IMG/VR virus record: IMGVR_UViG_3300020042_002516
Coordinates: 1-35,403 of that record
DNA: 35,403 nt
Source: a virus
Taxonomy: Duplodnaviria > Caudoviricetes
Reading direction: 5' to 3' (one strand)
The translations under genes and the position numbers were made by a program. Positions 8,416 to 16,230 of the stretch are shown here, piece after piece; position 1 is the stretch's first letter, and each line of letters begins with the position of its first letter. A model generated the notes under the pieces. That model was not told the DNA's origin and searched no databases. It was given only the letters and a program-made list of their open reading frames with translations.

Positions 8416-8597
8416 GCTGCCACCTCCATCCGAGCCTCTTGGCGACCACGATCCACGAAGTAGCGGGCCTCGGCCCTATCCTCGACCTTTTCAGCCTCTA
8501 CGGCCTTCCTGATGGCCTGGGCAACGGCTTGCGCCGCCCCCGCTGTCTTTGCTTTTTCGTACCTGTAGCCTAGGTCCATGTACTGTGCGTCAGTCAT
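8412..8597 (-). CDS. Hypothetical protein
   Basis: MTDAQYMDLGYRYEKA...; GAGG RBS; ATGA overlaps. Confidence 0.6.
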   Translation of the reverse strand: MTDAQYMDLGYRYEKAKTAGAAQAVAQAIRKAVEAEKVEDRAEARYFVDRGRQEARMEVAA

Positions 8598-8788
8598 GCT
8601 GTCACCTCTTTTGACAAAACGGCCTGGAGGTTTTTGAGCATCTGCTCTGCTTCCTTGCGGGTCAGGGTGGCGTGCATGGACGAGCCACGAGCCTGCAAGC
8701 CAAGCCAGACACCACCGTTGTCCCACTCGTCAACGCTGATGCGCACTTCGTCTTGCGTGTAGATGGTTGTTTCAATATCTTTTGACAT
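8594..8788 (-). CDS. Hypothetical protein
   Basis: VRISVDEWDNGGVWL...LTRKEAEQM; coupled to the next gene. Confidence 0.6.
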   Translation of the reverse strand: MSKDIETTIYTQDEVRISVDEWDNGGVWLGLQARGSSMHATLTRKEAEQMLKNLQAVLSKEVTA

Positions 8789-8815
8789 ATCCGATTCGCT
8801 TTCGTTTGAGTGGGT

Positions 8816-9025
8816 TCAAGCTGACAACGACACACCGGAAACGCGGTAGCACTGGCCTCCCGGCAATTCGATGTCAACCGTGCCAAAAGGGTGAACGTCA
8901 ATAATTTTGCCCTCGACCATGCGGCCAAACAAAGAAGTCTGAATGGTTTGGCCAATGTGGTGCCTTTGACGGCTTGCGGCGACCTTGGCAAAGGTTCTCA
9001 TTTGAGCTTGTGAAGTGAATTGCAT
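8816..9025 (-). CDS. Hypothetical protein (small beta-rich)
   Basis: AGGAG RBS; VEGKIIDVHPFGTVDIE...YRVSGV. Confidence 0.6.
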   Translation of the reverse strand: MQFTSQAQMRTFAKVAASRQRHHIGQTIQTSLFGRMVEGKIIDVHPFGTVDIELPGGQCYRVSGVSLSA

Positions 9026-9060
9026 GGTGTTCTCCTGTGGGGGCCGAAGCCCCGATTGAT

Positions 9061-9351
9061 TTACTTGCTGGTGACCTTGACGCTGTAGACGGCAGTGGTC
9101 TTAGTGTGGCGAGCAATTTGCTCTGGAGTTGCGCCCAACTCAGCCAACAGGGCTTTGCTGTCAACCACGGAACGGTTGGACTCGCTGTAGGTGGCCTTGA
9201 AGAGGTCGCCCTCGACGACCTTATCGCCGCCCATGCTGGCGCTGTCTTTGATGGCATCCTTGATGGCATCTGCCTGCTTGGTCAGGGCTGCGATCTGGGC
9301 CAAGAGTGCGCCAAGGGTGTCAACGTCGTGGGTGATGGTGAGAGTGGTCAT
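9061..9351 (-). CDS. Hypothetical phage protein (coiled coil plus beta region)
   Basis: VDTLGALLAQIAALTKQADAIKDAIK...VEGDLFKAT...VDSKAL; first gene after cassette copy 3. Confidence 0.7.
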   Translation of the reverse strand: MTTLTITHDVDTLGALLAQIAALTKQADAIKDAIKDSASMGGDKVVEGDLFKATYSESNRSVVDSKALLAELGATPEQIARHTKTTAVYSVKVTSK

Positions 9352-9399
9352 CGCTGTCTTTCTGTGGTTCTGACTGTGCGGTGTTGCTGTGTCAGTGAT

Positions 9400-9465
9400 G
9401 ATAGTGTAACCCCAAATTAAACGACACCAGCACTTCATCCAATTATTTTGTAGGGACAAACCCTA
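9400..9465 (-). promoter_or_regulatory. Repeated promoter/operator cassette, copy 3
   Basis: GTGTAA-N7-TTAAAC (9404-9422); TAGGGACAAACCCTA at 9451-9465. Confidence 0.7.
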
Positions 9466-9739
9466 ATAGGGATCGAACGTCCTCCAGCAGATCCGCTTCG
9501 GTGTAGCCGTAGTGCTTTGGAAAGCCCTTCGTCCCAAGCCCGTGAAGGCCCGTCTTGCCTCTGTGGTGCTCCGGACATAGTGGGATGACATCAAAGTGGC
9601 TTGAGCGTCTCCCACCCCCCGTACCGGCTCTTAAATGATGGAGTTCTGCGGGCGTCCCCTCATACCCCATCCTGCGGCATACAGCGCAGCCAAGCTCGGC
9701 CACCCGATTCATGTGCTTACGCTCTGCGATGGTGGTCAT
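9443..9739 (-). CDS. Ref-like (recombination enhancement) HNH-type nuclease
   Basis: RVAELGCAVC...PAELHH...IPLCPEHHRG..GLHG. Confidence 0.8.
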   Translation of the reverse strand: MTTIAERKHMNRVAELGCAVCRRMGYEGTPAELHHLRAGTGGGRRSSHFDVIPLCPEHHRGKTGLHGLGTKGFPKHYGYTEADLLEDVRSLLGFVPTK

Positions 9740-10080
9740 AACGTGGCCTTACCCTCGGCCCGGTTGCTGGCCTCCTGTGACCTCCACACCTCTATCCTCG
9801 CCTGGGCAGCTATCAGCATCCACCGAAGCTCCTCACGCACCTCTACGGCCTGCTGGAGGGCCAGCAAATGCTGCTTGTAGGGGTGGCTGGCATACGCCTC
9901 CCTCTCCTGCATGGCGGCGGTCTTGTGGCCAAGCGTCTCGGCCTCAATCATCTGCTCGGCCTTGATGGTCTTGCGTAGCTCCTCCATGTAGACCTTGTTG
10001 GCCTCGGCCTGGGCGTAGGCTCTGGACTTGGCGATCATGAAGTCCACCGCCGCCTGGGGGTCAATCAGTTTTTCAGTCAT
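9736..10080 (-). CDS. Hypothetical helical phage protein
   Basis: YAQAEA...EREAYASHPY...RIEVWRSQEASNRAE. Confidence 0.7.
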   Translation of the reverse strand: MTEKLIDPQAAVDFMIAKSRAYAQAEANKVYMEELRKTIKAEQMIEAETLGHKTAAMQEREAYASHPYKQHLLALQQAVEVREELRWMLIAAQARIEVWRSQEASNRAEGKATL

Positions 10081-10280
10081 TGCTCCTCCGGAAAAAGTGG
10101 GTCACCCGCCTCATGCGGGAAATAAGCGCCCCAAGCCACAACTTGTTGCACGTCCATGTGCTCCAAGAATCCATCAACGACGCTGATGCGGTACTCAGTG
10201 TCACCGTCATCCGTCAGCACCTTGGCGATGCCGACCTTGCCCTTCACCCCCGTGAACCACTTCACTTTTTGCGCTCTCAT
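10077..10280 (-). CDS. Hypothetical protein
   Basis: 67 aa; ATGA overlaps with both neighbours. Confidence 0.6.
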   Translation of the reverse strand: MRAQKVKWFTGVKGKVGIAKVLTDDGDTEYRISVVDGFLEHMDVQQVVAWGAYFPHEAGDPLFPEEQ

Positions 10281-10648
10281 AGTTCCCTCACATGCACTTT
10301 GATCATCCCGCCAATGGTGTCGGCCCAGTAAATTCTGAGGTCAACAATGTTGCTGTCGTCCTCCCAGACCCCTGCATGAGTGCAGCCATCAAGCGCCGCT
10401 TTCAGCAGGTTGTCGAGGTCTCGCTTGCGCTTGTCTGGGCGGTATGCCTCAATCTCCACCACCAGCTTGCCCTGGTAGCCTTTTAAGCCGCCTTGCATCT
10501 CCACTTGCTCAATGACAGCCTCGCGGTAAGCACGCCCCTTGGCACTGATGATCATGCGACCTTTGAAGGTTCGCCAGTAGGTGTTCATGCTGGGTGGCCA
10601 TGGCAGCGTCAAGGTGACGCCGTTCATGAACATGGTAATGTCGCTCAT
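10277..10648 (-). CDS. rusA: RusA-family Holliday junction resolvase
   Basis: LPWPPSMNTYWR...PDKRKRDLDNLLKAALDG...GVWEDDSNIVDL. Confidence 0.93.
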   Translation of the reverse strand: MSDITMFMNGVTLTLPWPPSMNTYWRTFKGRMIISAKGRAYREAVIEQVEMQGGLKGYQGKLVVEIEAYRPDKRKRDLDNLLKAALDGCTHAGVWEDDSNIVDLRIYWADTIGGMIKVHVREL

Positions 10649-10911
10649 TGGTGCTGCACCGGTATGCGATTCATCACCGCCTGGGCTGCATTGCGCATGG
10701 CCGTACAAACCTCACCCTCATCCTCAGCGTCAGCCATGTCTAGCAGCATCTGGGCGCAGGCCCTGCGCTCCAAGAACATGGCCTGCTTCGTGGTCTGGAT
10801 GGCCACGGCCATGATCTCCGCCTTGGCCTCGCTCAATGCCTTGTTGAATTCCTCTTGCGTGAACAGGGCTTGGCCCTGCGAAAAAATGTTTTTCTCAAAG
10901 TTCATTTCCAT
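10645..10911 (-). CDS. Hypothetical protein
   Basis: AAGGAG RBS; LERRACA motif related to the protein at 5182-5412. Confidence 0.65.
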   Translation of the reverse strand: MEMNFEKNIFSQGQALFTQEEFNKALSEAKAEIMAVAIQTTKQAMFLERRACAQMLLDMADAEDEGEVCTAMRNAAQAVMNRIPVQHQ

Positions 10912-10929
10912 TCTCCTTGTTGTATAAAT

Positions 10930-11904
10930 TTATTCACACAAGCCATAAATGCTGCTACACATTGGCCCGTCATTGGCCATACGCAGGAAGTCGTATTGGG
11001 TGCCACCTCGACTGGTTTTAGACCATTCAACCTTAGCCCAAACACCGTGCGCCTCAAGACTCACTTGTTCCGCATTCCCAGCACCAAGATCACTGGCAGA
11101 GAAAAAAGTGGCCTTTGATGTTTTTGACACTTTTACAACCATACGCTCCCACTCGGCCACCCGCTCAATCTCTTCAGGGAATCTGCGGCTAATCTCCAGC
11201 AACTCATCCTTGCGGGCATGGATGCACGGCATGCAACCGACCCTGCCCATGCCCTGCTCATAAAGTGGATTGTGTTTAATGCCGTGCTTGCGGTGCATGG
11301 CAAAAGCATCTTCTGCTGTCCATGTCAGAATTGGTCTGTAATTCCACATATCACCTGCGCCCTTAGTGCCTCCGACGCACTCAAGTTCAGGAAGATCACG
11401 CCGCGCCAGACTTTCATCAGCCCGCACACCTTGCCATGACCAGATGGTGTGCCCTTGATCCAACAGCGGCATCTGCACTTGCTCAATGATAGGGTTGCGC
11501 TTTAGCTCCTCGGAGCAGAACCGGACTTTGGTTGAAGGAAACCGTCCATGCACAAGGCACATATCCAAAAATGGATTTCCGGTCGGATGCAAAAATTTTA
11601 AAGCCTCCATCGCAATTTCTGGCGTCCAAAAATATTTAGAATTGGCTCGTTCTTTATGCGTGCCATCAATAACTCTTTGCATCATTTCCCTGCGTGACTT
11701 AATCTGATCTGCAAAGTCAGCACGAATTGTGCGGATTGGAAACACCTTGTCATTGAGGTACTGGACGTAATCCAATGTCTGCGGGTGTTCATGGCCAGTG
11801 TCGGCAAAAACCGCTTGCAAGTTCTCTGTATTGCGCTCAAGTGCCAGCAGCAAAAGAGCCGTGCTGTCTTTACCGCCAGATACGCTGACAATGTTATGTT
11901 TCAT
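10930..11904 (-). CDS. PAPS-reductase (PP-loop) family protein
   Basis: VSVSGGKDSTA, FADTGHEHPQT, RFCSEELK, GVRADES..R, YRPILTW, NPLY..GMGRVGCMPC. Confidence 0.9.
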   Translation of the reverse strand: MKHNIVSVSGGKDSTALLLLALERNTENLQAVFADTGHEHPQTLDYVQYLNDKVFPIRTIRADFADQIKSRREMMQRVIDGTHKERANSKYFWTPEIAMEALKFLHPTGNPFLDMCLVHGRFPSTKVRFCSEELKRNPIIEQVQMPLLDQGHTIWSWQGVRADESLARRDLPELECVGGTKGAGDMWNYRPILTWTAEDAFAMHRKHGIKHNPLYEQGMGRVGCMPCIHARKDELLEISRRFPEEIERVAEWERMVVKVSKTSKATFFSASDLGAGNAEQVSLEAHGVWAKVEWSKTSRGGTQYDFLRMANDGPMCSSIYGLCE

Positions 11905-12142
11905 TTAATTTTTCCATTTGTTGTTTCCAATCTCCGTCTGCGCCTCTGTTTCCAAGGCCCCACTGGACTCGAACATCTGCCTCAAGACGTGAGCCGGGAT
12001 GCAGTTCATTCCAGCCCTTGTGACGACGGCCAAGGTGGTCAGTGTGACCAGTGAGCCATCGGTGTGCTGCATCGCGATCTTGTATCCGTCGTCTGATGAC
12101 CCATCGAACGAGACAACGATACATATGCTCTTGGTCATTCAA
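11894..12142 (-). CDS. Hypothetical protein
   Basis: EHMYRCLVRWVI...LEADVRVQWGLGNRG..GDW; TTG start overlapping the helicase stop. Confidence 0.6.
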   Translation of the reverse strand: MNDQEHMYRCLVRWVIRRRIQDRDAAHRWLTGHTDHLGRRHKGWNELHPGSRLEADVRVQWGLGNRGADGDWKQQMEKLNET

Positions 12143-13149
12143 AACGCACCCCGCTGATCAAAGGACATCGGCACACCGCTAGTCTCGTCAACGAACTGCT
12201 GGCTCTCCCGGTTGAACCACAGGCTGTACCATTCCTCTGCCTCCCCGTTGCGCTGCTTCTCGCACATGAGCAGGGCATCTGGCTTTTTGTGGTCAGGGAT
12301 CTGACCGTTCTTGATGTCGTGCTCTTTTTTCTTGTTGCGCCACATCAGCAAGACGTTGTCCACTTGGTCAGCAATCGCACCAGACCCCTTGATGTCGGTC
12401 TTGCTTGGCTGCATCTCCTCGCTGCCCAGCTTGCGGATGTGGTGGATCAGGTGGATGTGGATGTTGTGGTCACGGGCCAGGGCGGTCAACTCATCAACAA
12501 AAGTCTTCTGAGCGTTGTAGTCGTCCTCGCCGGTCACGCACTTCATGAGGGAGTCGATGAAGACATGCTGCACGCCCAACTCAATTGCGCAGTAACGGGC
12601 CATGGCAATCACTTGCTGGCTTGACGTAGTGCCCTGTTGGTCATACAGCCACAGGCCCTCCCGCGAGAAGTCAACGAACCTGCCCAGAATGCGGCCAATG
12701 TAGGTGGCCTTGTCGGTGTAGCGAGGCACATCAATGTCCTCCCCGGCAAACTGCCGCAGCATCCGGTACAGCGTGCGCTTAGGCTTCATCTCAAAAGAGG
12801 CAATGCACACCCGCTGCTTTTGCTTGATCAGGCCCAGGGCAACCTGCCCGGTCACCAGGGACTTGCCGCCGCCATTGCTGCCAGCGTAAAGGGTCACCTC
12901 GCCAGGGCGGAACTTGAAGGTCGAGTGAGTCTTTGCCCAGGGCATGGTGCTGCTCAGATCCTTTTCAGGTGGGTTCACTAGATCATTCTTGATCTCGTCC
13001 AGCCAGACCGATGCCTCATGCACCTTGTGGGTCACGTCATTGGCCTTGAGGTACTTTTCGGTGTCGATGTCCTGGGACTTGATCAGCCTGACCTTGCGGG
13101 CCTGATCAAGGTCTCTAGCCCTCTGCTCAATTGCGCTCACGTTAGACAT
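12139..13149 (-). CDS. SF4 (DnaB / T7 gp4-like) replicative helicase domain
   Basis: FRPGEVTLYAGSNGGGKS, IASFEM, VFIDSL, HLIHHIRK, DIKGSGAIADQVDNV, EKQRNG. Confidence 0.9.
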   Translation of the reverse strand: MSNVSAIEQRARDLDQARKVRLIKSQDIDTEKYLKANDVTHKVHEASVWLDEIKNDLVNPPEKDLSSTMPWAKTHSTFKFRPGEVTLYAGSNGGGKSLVTGQVALGLIKQKQRVCIASFEMKPKRTLYRMLRQFAGEDIDVPRYTDKATYIGRILGRFVDFSREGLWLYDQQGTTSSQQVIAMARYCAIELGVQHVFIDSLMKCVTGEDDYNAQKTFVDELTALARDHNIHIHLIHHIRKLGSEEMQPSKTDIKGSGAIADQVDNVLLMWRNKKKEHDIKNGQIPDHKKPDALLMCEKQRNGEAEEWYSLWFNRESQQFVDETSGVPMSFDQRGAF

Positions 13150-13570
13150 TTGCGTACCTCACTGCCTCGTCGATTCGTTGGTAAGCCGTCAGCATCCGCT
13201 CACGGGTCTCTTCAGTTGGCAACTTGCCATGGGCTATGTCGTAGGCCACGATCTGCACAATCAAAGCCTCAAAGTGAATGATCCGCATCAAATCGCTTGC
13301 GAAGAACGCAGGCTTCATGCTGGGCTTGCTGACAACCTCTCGGCGCTTGTCACCAGCCGGGAACAGATCGCTCATGTCCATGCCGATAGCACCCAGCACG
13401 TCTGCCGTAGAGCAGCCGCCAAAGCAGTGCAGCAGCACCCGTCCGTCCTCACCCTCACGCACAGCCAGGGACGGACTCTTGTCCTCGTGGGCAGGGCATC
13501 TGGCAGTCCAAGCACCGTTGCGACCCTTGACCACTTGCAGGCGCGAGATCAAGTTTTCGACTGGGGTCAT
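13142..13570 (-). CDS. Stand-alone primase-type Zn-finger protein
   Basis: WTARCPAHEDKSPSL...VLLHCFGGC...DVLGAIGMDMSDLF; only 142 aa, no TOPRIM motif. Confidence 0.8.
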   Translation of the reverse strand: MTPVENLISRLQVVKGRNGAWTARCPAHEDKSPSLAVREGEDGRVLLHCFGGCSTADVLGAIGMDMSDLFPAGDKRREVVSKPSMKPAFFASDLMRIIHFEALIVQIVAYDIAHGKLPTEETRERMLTAYQRIDEAVRYANV

Positions 13571-13797
13571 TTCTTTCTCTCTTCCAGCATGGCGTCGGCT
13601 TGTTGGTAAGCGGCTTTGGCGACGGAGGCTATTGCGCCTTCATCAACTATCAGCATGTACCCATTGTCGTAAGCCTCCCATGCAATACACATAGCCTTGG
13701 CCGCAAAGTAGTCGCGCAACGTCATGCCCGCCGTCACCGGCTCATGCAGGTGCTCGATAACGTGGGGGAAGGCAAAGCCACCAGTGTCTTTCGTCAT
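13567..13797 (-). CDS. Small conserved phage protein (GMTLRDYFAAKAM family)
   Basis: TGGFAFP...GMTLRDYFAAKAM...AYQQADAMLEER. Confidence 0.8.
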   Translation of the reverse strand: MTKDTGGFAFPHVIEHLHEPVTAGMTLRDYFAAKAMCIAWEAYDNGYMLIVDEGAIASVAKAAYQQADAMLEERKK

Positions 13798-14459
13798 ATC
13801 ACTCTCCTGTTAAAAATGGAACCGTTAACCGAATCGGTTTCTGAGTCGTCCTCCCACCTCTTTTGATTCAAGAACGTAAGTGGGGCAGGATCAAAGCCCG
13901 TTAACCACTGCTCAGAGGCCCGTAAACGGGTCACAGAGGCGATTATTTTGTCGGCGAAGGGGTCTAGTGCTTGACGCTTCCATTTCGCCTCACAGGCCGT
14001 TTTAGCGACCTTACGTTTTGATGGTGGCCATGCTGACCAAAAGTCGTTAAAACGCGATGTTGTCGGTGCAACCGACGATATGGTATTTATATCTTTATCT
14101 TCTTCTTTTAGGGTTAACTTTGGGTTTCGCTTCGTAACCGATTCGGTTTTCTTGGGTCTGCCACCCATCTTCCCCAGAGAGCGGTTGGTCTCAACCTGCT
14201 TGTTGTAGCGTGCGATTTCGGCATCGCAACGACTGTTGAAATAGCCCTCATCTGTCCTTTCGAAGAACTCCTCAAGCACTGTTTCAACGATGTCGAGGTC
14301 AATTCGAATTTTCCTGGAAACCGATTCGGTATTGAGTGGGATTTGCTTTTCGCTGATGTAGTACAAATCCAAAAGACGGCGGTAGGCCAAGTCTTCTGCA
14401 TCGGAGAGATGCGTGGTGTGGGTGATGTAGTCACCAAGATGGAATTTGTACCAGATCAC
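13794..14459 (-). CDS. DUF1376/YdaU-like replication initiator
   Basis: WYKFHLGDYITHTTHLS..EDLAYRRLLDLYY, GKMGGRP, C-terminal FNDFWSAWP..KRKVAK...P..FLNQKRWED. Confidence 0.85.
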   Translation of the reverse strand: MIWYKFHLGDYITHTTHLSDAEDLAYRRLLDLYYISEKQIPLNTESVSRKIRIDLDIVETVLEEFFERTDEGYFNSRCDAEIARYNKQVETNRSLGKMGGRPKKTESVTKRNPKLTLKEEDKDINTISSVAPTTSRFNDFWSAWPPSKRKVAKTACEAKWKRQALDPFADKIIASVTRLRASEQWLTGFDPAPLTFLNQKRWEDDSETDSVNGSIFNRRVI

Positions 14460-14665
14460 TTTAAGTCCCCGAAGATGTCAGGTCTGAGGGTTGCACGCTT
14501 CACCAGACCCCTGGTGTAGCGCTCAATGGCCCCGCTCAACTCCGGTGAGGCCAAAGCCCTCCCAGAGATGACGAGGCTCATCCACGTCTTGCTCACGCCG
14601 AGCTTGGTGGCCATCGCCAGCTTCGCTCCTCGTGGCTTGTCTTCAAAAAACTCTGTCAGTGTCAT
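14456..14665 (-). CDS. Cro/YdaS-like HTH regulator
   Basis: MTLTEFF...LAMATKLGVSKTWMSLVISG...AIERYTRGLV...LRPDIFG; AAGGAG RBS. Confidence 0.85.
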   Translation of the reverse strand: MTLTEFFEDKPRGAKLAMATKLGVSKTWMSLVISGRALASPELSGAIERYTRGLVKRATLRPDIFGDLK

Positions 14666-14681
14666 CCGATCTCCTTGGTTG

Positions 14682-14771
14682 GTTTAAGCGCATCATACAC
14701 CAGAAAAAAAGATGCACAAGGGGCTTGTATGCTCAAGTTAAATTTGATACAGTGGCTGCACTTTAACTTGA
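14682..14771. promoter_or_regulatory. Back-to-back divergent promoters with operator-like palindromes
   Basis: Rightward TTGTAT (14725-14730), 17 nt, TACAGT (14748-14753). Leftward TTGTGC (14719-14714), 16 nt, TATGAT (14697-14692). GTTTAA-N7-ATACAC at 14682-14700. Inverted repeat tcaagttaaa (14733-14742) / tttaacttga (14762-14771). Confidence 0.65.
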
Positions 14772-14780
14772 AGGCACATT

Positions 14781-14885
14781 ATGAGTGGCTTTTTTACAGC
14801 GATTGTTCGGTTCTTGCTTGGGAGGGGGAGCGGCATCTTGTTCTTCCTCTTGTTGGCCTTTGGCTACTTCATGTCGAAGGACTGA
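14781..14885 (+). CDS. Small hydrophobic peptide (34 aa)
   Basis: MSGFFTAIVRFLLGRGSGILFFLLLAFGYFMSKD; first ORF after the rightward promoter, GAAGG RBS. Confidence 0.45.
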   Translation: MSGFFTAIVRFLLGRGSGILFFLLLAFGYFMSKD

Positions 14886-14887
14886 CC

Positions 14888-15052
14888 ATGAGTGGCGAAG
14901 ACCACCAGCTCATGCTGGAAAGAATGCAAATGCTTGAGGAGGCCCTTCGCCGGGCCATCGCAGGCGTTGCTACCACCGACGACTGGGAGATGATTTGCAT
15001 GGAATGCGGCATGCCCAGGTCGTCTATTTTTGAAACTGAAAAGGAGCGATAA
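14888..15052 (+). CDS. Small hypothetical protein
   Basis: MSGEDHQLMLERMQMLEEALRRA...ICMECG; AAGGA RBS; abuts the SSB-like gene. Confidence 0.6.
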   Translation: MSGEDHQLMLERMQMLEEALRRAIAGVATTDDWEMICMECGMPRSSIFETEKER

Positions 15053-15703
15053 ATGAGTTTGACAGCGAGAGACAGCGGCGGCGGCAGCTTTACGCCCGTA
15101 GCCCCAGGCATGCACCTTGCCCGGTGCTACCGCATCGTGGACATTGGCACACAGAAGACTGAGTACCAAGGCCAGATCAAGCACCAGCAAAAGGTGATGA
15201 TGCAGTTTGAGGTTCACGGTGAGGACGACAGCGGAAAGCCATTGGTCACCAGCAAGGGTGAACCTTTGTCCATCAGCAAGAACTTCACCCTGTCACTGAG
15301 CGAAAACGCCACCCTGCGCAAAGACCTTCAGGCTTGGCGTGGCCGTCAGTTCACACCTGAAGAGCTTCGTGGCTTTGAGTTGAAGAACGTGTTGGGTGCT
15401 TGGTGCATGTTGACTGTGGCTAAGGCCATTGGCAACAACGGCAAGGAGTACACCAACATCATCTCGATCAACCCGGTTCCCGTGGCGATCAAGAAGGCTG
15501 GACAACCGGAAGGCTTCAACAAGTTGTCCATGTTCGTGATCGACAACCCAGACATGGAGTTGTTTGAGACCTTCGGCAGCAGCCTCAAGGAGAAGATTCA
15601 GGCCACGCCTGAGTGGCGTGCCCGTAACAGTGGCCAGCCTGTCATCAAGCCCGCCCCGTCAGGCTCTGGGTTTGATGACATGGATGACGACATCCCTTTT
15701 TAA
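15053..15703 (+). CDS. Phage single-stranded DNA-binding-like protein
   Basis: PGMHLARCYRIVDIGTQ...FTLSLSENATLRKDLQAWRG...; acidic SSB-type tail DDMDDDIPF; AAGGAG RBS. Confidence 0.7.
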   Translation: MSLTARDSGGGSFTPVAPGMHLARCYRIVDIGTQKTEYQGQIKHQQKVMMQFEVHGEDDSGKPLVTSKGEPLSISKNFTLSLSENATLRKDLQAWRGRQFTPEELRGFELKNVLGAWCMLTVAKAIGNNGKEYTNIISINPVPVAIKKAGQPEGFNKLSMFVIDNPDMELFETFGSSLKEKIQATPEWRARNSGQPVIKPAPSGSGFDDMDDDIPF

Positions 15704-15721
15704 TTAAAACGGGCAATTGGC

Positions 15722-16045
15722 ATGAACACCACAATGAACTTGTTTGATCAAGATTTTGGATCTGATCCAAAAATACTGGTTCGCAGACAGGACCCAGACA
15801 CAAGCCATAAAGCAGCAAATGCTGTTGACACTTCAAAACTTGAGCGCATGGTTTTTGAAGCCATTGGAACTTTTCCAAACGGTTGCATTAGCGACCAAAT
15901 TCTTTCCATGTTTCCAAACTACCCATACTCTTCAATCACGGCCAGATACCGGGCTTTGCTCGACAAAGGCTTCATTGAGGACACCGGGGAGCGAAGAGCT
16001 GGAGCTTCTGGTAAAGGTCAACGCGTTATGAGGATTTTAAAATGA
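15722..16045 (+). CDS. Winged-HTH phage protein
   Basis: RRQDPDTSHKAA...SITARYRALLDKGFIEDTGERRAGASGKGQRV. Confidence 0.7.
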   Translation: MNTTMNLFDQDFGSDPKILVRRQDPDTSHKAANAVDTSKLERMVFEAIGTFPNGCISDQILSMFPNYPYSSITARYRALLDKGFIEDTGERRAGASGKGQRVMRILK

Positions 16046-16230
16046 GAGTTTTATCCGTTAGCTGGAGTCCCTCAACTGATCTGACAAAAATAAAGTTTAC
16101 CGATGAATTTTTGTCTTCCCGCTGGGTTTTGAGAGCAGACGTTTTGCGAGATCTTATTTATGACTTGACCGCCAAGTACGACCTGACTTTGAAAGAAATG
16201 ACAGACCCAAAACCATCAAAGGCCGAGTGA
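16042..16230 (+). CDS. Hypothetical protein
   Basis: 62 aa, overlapping start/stop with neighbours. Confidence 0.55.
   Translation: MRVLSVSWSPSTDLTKIKFTDEFLSSRWVLRADVLRDLIYDLTAKYDLTLKEMTDPKPSKAE

Noticed and set aside
800-11904. ParB plus PAPS reductase as an IbrAB/Dnd-like pair
   Set aside because: The two are 10 kb apart and the ParB domain is embedded in a polyprotein; no operonic link.
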